Origin: Dehalococcoidia bacterium
GTDB lineage: Bacteria; Chloroflexota; Dehalococcoidia; Lucifugimonadales; UBA3495
DNA length: 64,000 nt
Reading direction: 5' to 3'
Assembly (NCBI GenBank): GCA_012959605.1
Contig: DUCU01000095.1
Location: 5,718-69,717, forward strand
Shown here: positions 56,306-64,000 of the stretch, piece by piece
Layout of the letters: each line of letters begins with the position of its first letter
Numbering within the stretch: the first letter of the stretch is position 1
Notes under the pieces: generated by a model
Databases searched by the model: none
Seen by the model: the letters and a program-made list of their open reading frames with translations, nothing else
Told to the model about the DNA's origin: nothing
Program-made: the position numbers and the translations under genes

Positions 56306-56899
56306 CTAGGTTAATCGGCTCTTGATCAGGGTCATGCGGTAGTTCTCTTCGTTGATGTCACCGGAAGTCTGGACTTTGAATCCAGCGCTCTCCGCCAGTT
56401 CCGTAAGCTCATCCGGGCTGATGCGGGCCTGTTGCGGTGGACCGGTCTCCGTTTCCTTCTTATGCCACTCCAGGATGTAACACCAGCCACCGGGCCGCAG
56501 CATCTCTTTGACAGCAGTCAAAAAACGCACCCGGTCTTCTGGGTGATGGACGACGAAGGCGATGAATAGACCATCCAAGGACCCAGGTTCCACCGGGAAC
56601 GAATATTCCTCGCATTTCAGGACTTCCACGTTGCCCAGACGGACTTCGTCGACTCGTCCCTGACAGGCTTCGATCATCTCATCAGAGGTATCCAGGGCAA
56701 AGACCTTGCCGTTGATCAAGAATTTGGCCAACGGGAGTGTGAAATACCCAGGGCCACAGCCAATATCGGCAATTATGTCTCTGGGTGTAATTGGGCAATG
56801 GGCCATGATTCGGAACGGGTCTAGCGTTTGAATCCGTTCCGGACGTAACATTCTCTCTACTGTGCTGGGCATATCTGGATGACCTGAATCAGTGGACAT
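56306..56899 (-). CDS. Class I SAM-dependent methyltransferase
   Basis: Motif I IADIGCGPGYFTLPLA, post-I FALD. Confidence 0.8.
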   Translation of the reverse strand: MSTDSGHPDMPSTVERMLRPERIQTLDPFRIMAHCPITPRDIIADIGCGPGYFTLPLAKFLINGKVFALDTSDEMIEACQGRVDEVRLGNVEVLKCEEYSFPVEPGSLDGLFIAFVVHHPEDRVRFLTAVKEMLRPGGWCYILEWHKKETETGPPQQARISPDELTELAESAGFKVQTSGDINEENYRMTLIKSRLT

Positions 56900-57149
56900 T
56901 TACTTTTGAAACTCCCTATTTGTGGCCGCGTGTCACGCCTACTTTACAGGACTGAATGTGTCGTCGCAATCGCTGGCACACGCTCCGTTGACACCCCTGA
57001 AACCCCATCGTACACTACCGATTGCACTTTGCTCTGGTGGGCGGCAAATCCCTCATGGATTTGCCAAGAACTTCATGCCTGGCTACGCCAAAACCCCGCC
57101 GATTTCCCAGTTATTTAACCCCCAATCAACTGCGACTCAGGAGATACCC

Positions 57150-58406
57150 ATGTCCGATTTAGCCTCTGTATTAGCATCTGAAGACCCAGATGTGGCACGT
57201 GCCCTGGAGTTGGAAGACCACCGCCAACGCGACTGCATAGTCTTAATCGCCTCCGAGAACTACGCAAACAAGGCCGTTCTGGAGTCGGGTGCAAGCGTAA
57301 TTAGCAACAAATACGCTGAGGGCTATCCCGGCCGACGCTACTACGGTGGTTGTGAGAACGCGGACATTATCGAGACTCTAGCCATCGATCGAGTCAAGGA
57401 GTTGTTTGGAGCCGAGCACGCCAATGTGCAGCCCCACAGCGGCGCACAGGCCAACATGGCCGCCTACTTCGCCGTTTTGGAGCCGGGCGACACCGTCATG
57501 GGCATGCAGCTGGACCACGGCGGCCACCTCACCCACGGAGCAGGCGTGAACTTCTCGGGCAAGCTTTATAACTTCGTCAATTACGGCTTGGACAAAGACA
57601 CCGAGACCATTGACTACGACGAGGTTGAGCGGCTGGCTAAAGAGCACAAACCCAAGCTAATCGTTGCAGGTTGTAGCGCATATCCCCGCATCTTGGATTT
57701 CCCGCGCTTCCGGGCCATCGCCGACAGCGTGGACGCCCTATTGATGGTGGACATGGCCCACATTGCCGGACTCATTGCCGGTGGTGCCCACCCATCACCG
57801 TTCCCCTACGCCAACATTGTGACTTCGACGACCCAAAAGAGCCTTCGGGGGCCAAGAGGCGGTTTCATACTCTGCGACCAGGATTTGGCCAGAAAGATAG
57901 ACTTCGCCGTCTTCCCTCAAATGCAGGGAGGGCCGTTGATGCAGGCCATAGCCGGCAAGGCGGTCTGCTTTGGGCAAGCATTGAAACCGGAATTCTCAAA
58001 TTACGCCCACCAGTTGGTGTCCAACTGCAAATTATTGGCCGATGACCTATCTGCCGCCGGGATTAGAATGGTTTCCGGAGGCACCGATAACCATATGGTT
58101 CTGGTTGATGTAACTCCGCTCGGCATAACCGGCCAACAGGCTGAACGTGCTCTCGAGGCAGTAGGTATCATCGCCAATAAGAACGCCATACCGTATGACC
58201 CACAGCCGCCCAGAGTCACCAGCGGCTTGCGATTAGGCACACCAGCGATTACCAGCAGAGGCATGAAAGAACCCGAGGTCAAGCTGGTTGCCGGGATGCT
58301 GATTAATGTCCTAAAAGACCTTGAAGACAAGGAAACTCATGCCAAGGTGGCCGCTGAAGTTAAGGCATTAACATCTCAATTTGGGATTCCAGGCATAGAT
58401 AGCTAA
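57150..58406 (+). CDS. glyA: Serine hydroxymethyltransferase
   Basis: [32 protein letters not shown] (PLP Lys). I chose the ATG at 57150 (AGGAG upstream) over the ORF-track start at 56922. Confidence 0.95.
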   Translation: MSDLASVLASEDPDVARALELEDHRQRDCIVLIASENYANKAVLESGASVISNKYAEGYPGRRYYGGCENADIIETLAIDRVKELFGAEHANVQPHSGAQANMAAYFAVLEPGDTVMGMQLDHGGHLTHGAGVNFSGKLYNFVNYGLDKDTETIDYDEVERLAKEHKPKLIVAGCSAYPRILDFPRFRAIADSVDALLMVDMAHIAGLIAGGAHPSPFPYANIVTSTTQKSLRGPRGGFILCDQDLARKIDFAVFPQMQGGPLMQAIAGKAVCFGQALKPEFSNYAHQLVSNCKLLADDLSAAGIRMVSGGTDNHMVLVDVTPLGITGQQAERALEAVGIIANKNAIPYDPQPPRVTSGLRLGTPAITSRGMKEPEVKLVAGMLINVLKDLEDKETHAKVAAEVKALTSQFGIPGIDS

Positions 58407-58417
58407 ACAAACACTAG

Positions 58418-58446
58418 TTGAGCCAGGCGAGAGCCGATGCTATAAT
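58418..58446 (+). promoter_or_regulatory. Candidate promoter of rpsF-ssb-rpsR
   Basis: TTGAGC-17 nt-TATAAT. Confidence 0.5.
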
Positions 58447-58510
58447 TGCTAGGATTGTGTTTTTCTAAAACCTGCAATACACCTGTGTTTAATCTTCCAA
58501 GGGGTACCGT

Positions 58511-59173
58511 TTGCGCCATTACGAACTTGTAGTTGTCCTTAGTCCAATGCTTAACCAGGAGCAAGTGACAGAAACCTGGGACAAGATAAAAGGATTCATC
58601 ACCACTCGTGACGCTGAGATTAGTCATGAAGAACAGTGGGGAACCCGCCGCCTGGCCTATCCCATTCGCAAGGGCCAGCACCGGTTTCTGGAGGGCAGCT
58701 ATCACCTGACCCGCTTTGCCACTGAAAAAGCATTCAACATAGACTTGGAGAACTTCCTGAAGGTTGATGAAGAGATTCTCCGGTCTTTGGTGACTGTGAC
58801 CTTACCGGAAGAAGAACTTGCCGCTCAGGCAGCCGCCGCCGCCCGAGCCATCAGGCCTCCGCCGCCACGGCCCGCTCCGGTTGGTCCCGACGGTCAGCCA
58901 ATTCCTTCAGCAGCCCCGGCCGAAGGCGCCGCTCCAGCAGCAGAGGCTCCCGCTGCTGATGCCCTTGCCGCAGAGGCTCCTGCAACAGAAGCTCCGGCCG
59001 CAGAGGCTGCACCCGAACCCGTAGCTGAGGAAGCGCCGGAAGATGCAACTGAAACATCACCTGAAACTGCAACAGAGCCAACGGCTGAAGTTGAAAGTGA
59101 ACCTGCCGCCCCCGAGAACGATAATGAGGGCGACGATACTCCTGCAGAGGAGACGACAGAGCCGACCAGTTAG
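58511..59173 (+). CDS. rpsF: 30S ribosomal protein S6 with ~120-aa Ala/Pro/Glu-rich C-terminal extension
   Basis: (TTG)RHYELVVVLSP... conserved ~100-aa core, followed by a low-complexity tail. Confidence 0.9.
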   Translation: MRHYELVVVLSPMLNQEQVTETWDKIKGFITTRDAEISHEEQWGTRRLAYPIRKGQHRFLEGSYHLTRFATEKAFNIDLENFLKVDEEILRSLVTVTLPEEELAAQAAAAARAIRPPPPRPAPVGPDGQPIPSAAPAEGAAPAAEAPAADALAAEAPATEAPAAEAAPEPVAEEAPEDATETSPETATEPTAEVESEPAAPENDNEGDDTPAEETTEPTS

Positions 59174-59211
59174 TCGGACGCCAACGAGGCGTAGGTAGAA
59201 GGGAGGAAGAC

Positions 59212-59637
59212 GTGAATAAGATCATTGTCATCGGACATCTGGGTAGAGACCCAGAGATGCGGTACACACCCAATGGTCAAGCGGTTACCTCGTTTAGTGT
59301 GGCTTCAAGCCGCCGGTACACCACCGGGGGTGGTGAGCAGAGAGAAGAAACTGAATGGTTCAATGTGAGTGCCTGGGGAAAGCTGGGCGAAACTTGTAAC
59401 CAGTACTTAACAAAAGGCCAGCAGGTCTATATAGAGGGTCGCATGAGCAGTCGGACCTATGAAGGGCGAGACGGAACGACCCGCGTTTCCATAGACGTAT
59501 TTCTGAATGATGTCCAGTTTTTGGGCGGCAGAGGCGGAGATGGTGGCGAATCTGGATCAGACCAATATAACCCTGGCGTCGGCGCCATGCTCGACGAAGG
59601 CCCCGGAATGGAATCGGTAGACGATCTACCGTTTTAA
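59212..59637 (+). CDS. ssb: Single-stranded DNA-binding protein
   Basis: MNKIIVIGHLGRDPEMRYTPNG OB fold, Gly-rich linker, acidic tip DDLPF. GTG start after GGGAGGAAG. Confidence 0.95.
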   Translation: MNKIIVIGHLGRDPEMRYTPNGQAVTSFSVASSRRYTTGGGEQREETEWFNVSAWGKLGETCNQYLTKGQQVYIEGRMSSRTYEGRDGTTRVSIDVFLNDVQFLGGRGGDGGESGSDQYNPGVGAMLDEGPGMESVDDLPF

Positions 59638-59675
59638 TTTAATACGGTAGTTAAATCAAAAGGACTTAAACTAGA

Positions 59676-60026
59676 ATGACCACTGAAGCCCCTAGAGGAC
59701 CAGGCGGACCGCCACAAAGATTCGGCGGAGGCGGAGGACGACCAGGCGGCGGAGGCGGAAGACCCGGTGGTCGCCCCCGAGGCCGGTTTGTACGTCGTCG
59801 TAAGGTCTGTGCCTTTTGCGCAGAACACGTCACGCATATTGACTACAAAGAGATTGATAAAATTCGCCGGTTTGTTTCCGAACGGGCCAAGATTGAGCCC
59901 CGCCGCCGAACCGGTGTCTGCGCCAAACATCAACGTGCCTTGAGAACCGCCATCCAGCGGGCCAGGCAGATTGCGTTGGTGCCTTTCGTGGCCTACCACG
60001 CCTATTCTGGTGGCGTTCGCCGCTAA
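59676..60026 (+). CDS. rpsR: 30S ribosomal protein S18 with Gly/Pro/Arg-rich N-terminal extension
   Basis: [53 protein letters not shown]. Confidence 0.9.
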   Translation: MTTEAPRGPGGPPQRFGGGGGRPGGGGGRPGGRPRGRFVRRRKVCAFCAEHVTHIDYKEIDKIRRFVSERAKIEPRRRTGVCAKHQRALRTAIQRARQIALVPFVAYHAYSGGVRR

Positions 60027-60137
60027 ATAGGTCTGGTTACGCAACCCCAACCGTAGAGTGTGTAACGGCGGCGCAGCCAACAGGCGGCGCCGCCGAAAAT
60101 TCCCCCATTCCACCCCCAAACTCGTCGAGGTTAGATA

Positions 60138-61325
60138 ATGCCATTTCCTAGGCTCCGAATGTTCGGCGCTGCAGATTCGGGCAGAGGCGGTCGACGCCGC
60201 AGTCGGCGAGCCCAACAACGAGATCAAGGCGAGGACTACACCCCACCTGAAGCGCCCAGTGTCGTCGTTGAAAAACGACAACAGAAGATTGGCTTTGGAA
60301 TTGGTGCTTTCCTGCTCCTCATCATCGCTGGTGTCGTGGTCTTTGGTTACTACAAAGAATTCTATGCGCCACCCAGGGTTTGGGCTGGCTCTGTAAGAGA
60401 CACTGAGTTCACAATGGGTGACTTGGTGTCCCGAATTCGGGTACTGCAGGGCGTAAACCGCTATCAAGGCGGCCAGGTAAACCTGAGTACGGTCCCCTTT
60501 GAATACCTTCAGAACCTTGTTAACGCGGAGATACTGCGACAGCAGGCGCCAGTATTAGGCATAGCCATTGATGACGAAGACATTCAAACGGAGTTGCGCA
60601 GGCAGTTCTCCAGCAGCGCAGATGTTGGACAAGAAACTGACCCCGGACAACTGGAACGGGAGTTCAGACAGGCCTATTCCTCCTACCTTACTGCCACCGG
60701 GCTATCAGACGGGGAATTCAAGGTCATCGTCAAAGAACAACTTTCCATGCGGGCCTTGGCAGTTTTGTTGTCACGGGAAATTGAAGAAGAACAACCACAC
60801 GTCGAAATCCAGTGGATTCAGATTCCAGTGGACGGCGACGTTCTTATCGATGAAGTTGAAATTAGACTTAAAAACGAGGACTTCACCAGGATTGCTCAAG
60901 AACTGAACTCCGGGAGTCAGTTCACCGACGGTAATGGCTACGTTGGCTGGGTACCCAAGGGAGCTTTCCCTGAGTTAGATGGAATTCTCTTTGGCGACGA
61001 AGAAAAGGGAATACCTGCTCAGGCTCCTGACACGGTCAGCCCATCTATATTTACAACCGATTCATACTTCTTGGTCAAGACTCTATCCGCCGCTGAAGAC
61101 CGGGCATTGAGCAACCTAATGGGTTCAAAACTTCTGGAAGAGTCCGTGGACAAATGGCAGAAAGAAACGCTGTTTACGGGAACCAAAGCCGGCACTGTGC
61201 GCATGAATTTCAACAGCAGATTATACGAATGGGTCACCGATCAGGTCTTCATCACCGCGCCGCGGATTGAAAGGCCAACCCCAGTGCCAAACCCCAACCA
61301 GATACTCCCAGAATTGGGCCAGTAG
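60138..61325 (+). CDS. Membrane-anchored SurA-N / parvulin-like peptidyl-prolyl isomerase (tentative)
   Basis: 395 aa. Basic N-terminus, one TM (IGFGIGAFLLLIIAGVVVFGY), chaperone-like helical region, and a degenerate PpiC-like segment (HVEIQWIQ...GYVGWVPKG...). Confidence 0.5.
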   Translation: MPFPRLRMFGAADSGRGGRRRSRRAQQRDQGEDYTPPEAPSVVVEKRQQKIGFGIGAFLLLIIAGVVVFGYYKEFYAPPRVWAGSVRDTEFTMGDLVSRIRVLQGVNRYQGGQVNLSTVPFEYLQNLVNAEILRQQAPVLGIAIDDEDIQTELRRQFSSSADVGQETDPGQLEREFRQAYSSYLTATGLSDGEFKVIVKEQLSMRALAVLLSREIEEEQPHVEIQWIQIPVDGDVLIDEVEIRLKNEDFTRIAQELNSGSQFTDGNGYVGWVPKGAFPELDGILFGDEEKGIPAQAPDTVSPSIFTTDSYFLVKTLSAAEDRALSNLMGSKLLEESVDKWQKETLFTGTKAGTVRMNFNSRLYEWVTDQVFITAPRIERPTPVPNPNQILPELGQ

Positions 61326-61340
61326 AGAGTAATAAGGTCT

Positions 61341-62681
61341 ATGGCAACATCACCTGAAACTTCTGCTGATGGTCCCCCCGATAAGCCGGACAACAGCGCC
61401 GTGGTCAATATTGGCCTGATGGGGTTTGGCGTCGTCGGAACCGGCGTGGCTGCCCACATACTGGGCAGCAATTTTTCTATGGCCGATGTGACCGGCCGTA
61501 CGGTAAACCTGAAGAAGGTGCTGGTTCGGGACGCATCACTTACCAGAGACGTTGAACTCCCTGCGGGAGTGCTCACGACCAACGCAGAAGATATTCTGAC
61601 CGACCCCGATATCCACATCGTGGTTGAAGTAATGGGCGGCACCGATCCGGCCGAGAATTACATCAAACAAGCTTTGTCGAGTGGTAAGCACATTGTCACT
61701 GCCAACAAAGAAGTCATGGCTAAATTGGGACCCGAGTTGATGACCCTGGCGCGACAGAACAATGCCAATCTGCTTTTTGAGGCCAGCGTCGGCGGGGGGA
61801 TTCCCATTGTCGGCTGCATGATGAACGAGCTCGCAGCGAACGACATACGCTCGATTCGGAGCATTATCAACGGGACGACCAACTACATCCTGACAAAAAT
61901 GGCCCATGAAGGCACTGCATTCAAAGAAGCCCTGGGCGAGGCTCAAGCTCTTGGTTACGCGGAATCTGATCCCACCAATGACATCGAAGGCATCGACGCA
62001 TCCTATAAGTTGACCATTCTCGCTTCATTGGCCTATCGGCGATCGTTCCAGCCTTCTGAAGTTTATTGCGAAGGTATCTCAAAACTGGAACCCCAAGACT
62101 TCCGCTACGCCGAGGAATTAGGCTACGCCATAAAATCACTGGCCATCGCCAACTTGGAAGAAGGCGCGGTGCAACTTCGCGTATATCCGGCGTTAGTGCC
62201 TGCAGAACATATGCTTGCCAAGGTTGATGGAGTGTACAATGCCGTTGAGGTTGATGGGAGCCTCTGCGGACCAGTCCTCTTCCACGGCATGGGTGCAGGA
62301 CGAGCGCCTACCACCAGCGCAATAATTGGCGATGTGGTGGAGGCCGTCCGTAAGATGGGCAGCAATTCACCCCTACTTGAGCCGCATAATGGCACAGAAC
62401 TGACAGTGCGACCCATTGGAGACCTGGTATCGCGCTACTACGTCAGGTTGGAAGTCGCTGATCATCCGGGAGTGCTGGCCCAGATTGCCCAGATTTTGGG
62501 TGACGGACAGATTAGTATTGCTGCAGTCCTACAACGCGACACTCACCCGGAGACAGAGAGCGCCGAGATTGTGATTACCACCCACCCAGCCAGGGAGCAG
62601 TCCATGCAAAACGCGCTGAAAGCGATGACGGACTTGCCCCAGGTGAAAAGAGTGAGCAATACCCTTAGGATTGAAGAGTAG
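61341..62681 (+). CDS. hom: Homoserine dehydrogenase
   Basis: IGLMGFGVVGTGV NAD motif, ASVGGGIPI, INGTTNYILT, C-terminal ACT domain. Confidence 0.9.
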   Translation: MATSPETSADGPPDKPDNSAVVNIGLMGFGVVGTGVAAHILGSNFSMADVTGRTVNLKKVLVRDASLTRDVELPAGVLTTNAEDILTDPDIHIVVEVMGGTDPAENYIKQALSSGKHIVTANKEVMAKLGPELMTLARQNNANLLFEASVGGGIPIVGCMMNELAANDIRSIRSIINGTTNYILTKMAHEGTAFKEALGEAQALGYAESDPTNDIEGIDASYKLTILASLAYRRSFQPSEVYCEGISKLEPQDFRYAEELGYAIKSLAIANLEEGAVQLRVYPALVPAEHMLAKVDGVYNAVEVDGSLCGPVLFHGMGAGRAPTTSAIIGDVVEAVRKMGSNSPLLEPHNGTELTVRPIGDLVSRYYVRLEVADHPGVLAQIAQILGDGQISIAAVLQRDTHPETESAEIVITTHPAREQSMQNALKAMTDLPQVKRVSNTLRIEE

Positions 62682-62805
62682 TATGTAACGGAGCAATTTC
62701 ATTTTGACTGATGAAGACATCCGAGTCAGTCCATATACCATTCTAATAACAGATTAGTTTCTGTGTCGGTACAAGCTTTGGGAAATAGGAGAATTAGTTA
62801 AGCGT

Positions 62806-63867
62806 ATGGGTGCTGGGGTATTAAACACCTACACGGATTTGCTTCCGGTGACTAGCTCCACTCCTCTGATAACCATGGGAGAGGGCGATACACCGTTGGT
62901 TAAATCCAACCGTCTGGGACGGGAGTTGGGTTGCTCAGAATTGTATTTCAAGCTGGAGGGTTGTAACCCCACCGGCTCGTTCAAAGACCGGGGGATGGTC
63001 GTGGCGATTGCCAAGGCGTTGGAAGAAGGCACCAAGGCCATAATGTGCGCCTCCACGGGCAACACCAGTGCCTCAGCGGCCGCATTTGGCGCTTACTGCG
63101 ATATTCCTACCTTTGTGTTGATTCCCAAAGGCGAAGTGGCCATGGGCAAGCTGGCCCAGGCAATGATCTACGGCGCCAAAGTCATCATGATCAACGGAAA
63201 CTTTGACATCGCCTTGGGTTTGGTCAGAGAGTTCACTGATCGCAACGGTGTTACCTTGGTGAACTCGGTAAACCCCCACAGGATTGAAGGCCAAAAGACC
63301 GCTGCGTTTGAATTGGTGGACGCTCTGGGTGACGCGCCAGATATGCTTTTCATACCCGTTGGCAACGCCGGCAACATCACCGCCTACTGGAAGGGCTTCC
63401 GAGAATATCAGGACCTGGGCCGGAGCCAAACACTTCCGAAGATGATGGGCTTCCAAGCAGAGGGCGCTGCGCCAATCGTCCGCGGCGAGATTGTAGCTAG
63501 ACCCCAGACAATTGCATCAGCCATTCGTATCGGCAATCCGGCCACCTGGAACGGGGCCGTTGAGGCCCGAGACGGCTCCGGCGGAGTGATTGACTCAGTC
63601 TCAGATGACGAGATTCTAGAAGCCTACCGACTCCTAGCCAACAAAGAAGGTATTTTCTGCGAACCTGCCTCTGCGGCATCGTTCGCTGGCTTAATGAAGA
63701 TGCACCGCCAGGGAATGGACCTGCATGACAAACGCATCGTTTGTATCTGCACCGGGAATGGCCTTAAAGACCCGGACCTAGCCGTAAGTAGTTCCGGTGG
63801 ACAGACCATAGAAGTGGCGGCCAACATAGAAGCCCTTGAAGAGGCTACCCTCGGATCCGGTAGCTAG
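62806..63867 (+). CDS. thrC: Threonine synthase (short form)
   Basis: [17 protein letters not shown] (PLP Lys). 353 aa. Confidence 0.9.
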   Translation: MGAGVLNTYTDLLPVTSSTPLITMGEGDTPLVKSNRLGRELGCSELYFKLEGCNPTGSFKDRGMVVAIAKALEEGTKAIMCASTGNTSASAAAFGAYCDIPTFVLIPKGEVAMGKLAQAMIYGAKVIMINGNFDIALGLVREFTDRNGVTLVNSVNPHRIEGQKTAAFELVDALGDAPDMLFIPVGNAGNITAYWKGFREYQDLGRSQTLPKMMGFQAEGAAPIVRGEIVARPQTIASAIRIGNPATWNGAVEARDGSGGVIDSVSDDEILEAYRLLANKEGIFCEPASAASFAGLMKMHRQGMDLHDKRIVCICTGNGLKDPDLAVSSSGGQTIEVAANIEALEEATLGSGS

Positions 63868-64000
63868 GGAGAACTGAAACGGTCCAAAAACAACGCATAA
63901 AAGAAGCAGTAGCCGAGTTATTGGCTGCCATTGGCGACGACCCGACCCGTGAGGGACTACTAGACACCCCCGACCGGGTGGCTCGTATGTATGAGAATCT
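63864..64000 (+). CDS. folE: GTP cyclohydrolase I, 5' fragment running off the right edge; start codon unresolved
   Basis: Not in the ORF track. Frame 3 reads ...[41 protein letters not shown], the conserved FolE N-terminal motif. Confidence 0.6.

Noticed and set aside
56922-57149. 76-codon N-terminal extension of glyA
   Set aside because: SHMT homologues start near MSDL...; ATG 57150 is preceded by AGGAG. The extension is Pro/His/Cys-rich and looks non-coding.
58810-59170. Short repeated GCAGAGGCTCC / GCTCC(G/T)GC units that could be mistaken for a repeat array
   Set aside because: The units are irregular in spacing, lie in frame within rpsF and encode its Ala/Pro/Glu tail. There is no spacer-repeat architecture, so this is not CRISPR.
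59634-60467. 277-aa minus-strand ORF, one of the longest unexplained ORFs in the track
   Set aside because: It lies antisense to rpsR and to the 5' end of the PPIase-like gene and abuts the ssb stop codon. Its protein is low-complexity (Ser/Ala/Arg/Gly-rich) and mirrors the Gly/Pro/Arg-coding repeats of rpsR. The plus-strand genes have unmistakable conserved motifs.

Overview
This is a 64-kb bacterial chromosomal window, mid-50s % GC by eye, densely coding on both strands with about 60 protein genes. I saw no rRNA, tRNA or CRISPR array. Housekeeping blocks: rpsP-KH-rimM, yebC-ruvC-ruvA, uvrB, DAK2-degV-recG, rplU-rpmA-rpmE, rpsF-ssb-rpsR, hom-thrC-folE, glyA, serC, panC, fmt, etfBA and trxB. 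These are interleaved with accessory and catabolic genes: a Rieske fragment, an amidase, a deazaflavin-type and a classical nitroreductase, two SDRs, a SnoaL-like protein, MFS transporters, a cyclase, an amidohydrolase, a P450 and several peptidases. The gene content, the Ala/Pro/Glu-rich tails on ribosomal proteins and a ~91-nt palindromic intergenic element suggest a Chloroflexota-like (SAR202-type) organism, but this is a low-confidence inference. Intergenic regions carry near-consensus sigma70-type promoters (TTGACA-N17/18-TAAAAT) and clear intrinsic terminators, which made two orphan promoter-to-terminator RNA units visible. Main points for a second look, in order of interest: (1) a translationally coupled cassette of a small uORF, a 204-aa HAS-barrel-like protein and a HerA/FtsK-type ATPase, with no nuclease or effector partner; (2) a B12-binding/radical-SAM-like protein with no CxxxCxxC motif, divergent from a P450; (3) a DUF1800-DUF1501-NHL operon followed by a Fur-family gene, whose promoter is overlapped by a 7-1-7 Fur-type inverted repeat, with related TAATGATT boxes upstream of fur and the P450; (4) a ~255-nt orphan structured RNA unit between fmt and rpsP; (5) a promoter-leader-terminator-uORF arrangement in front of a DmpA-like peptidase. 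There are also decay signatures: a truncated DDE transposase, a frameshifted MFS gene and a split lipoprotein ORF. All family assignments come from motif recognition by eye and memory. No database search was run.
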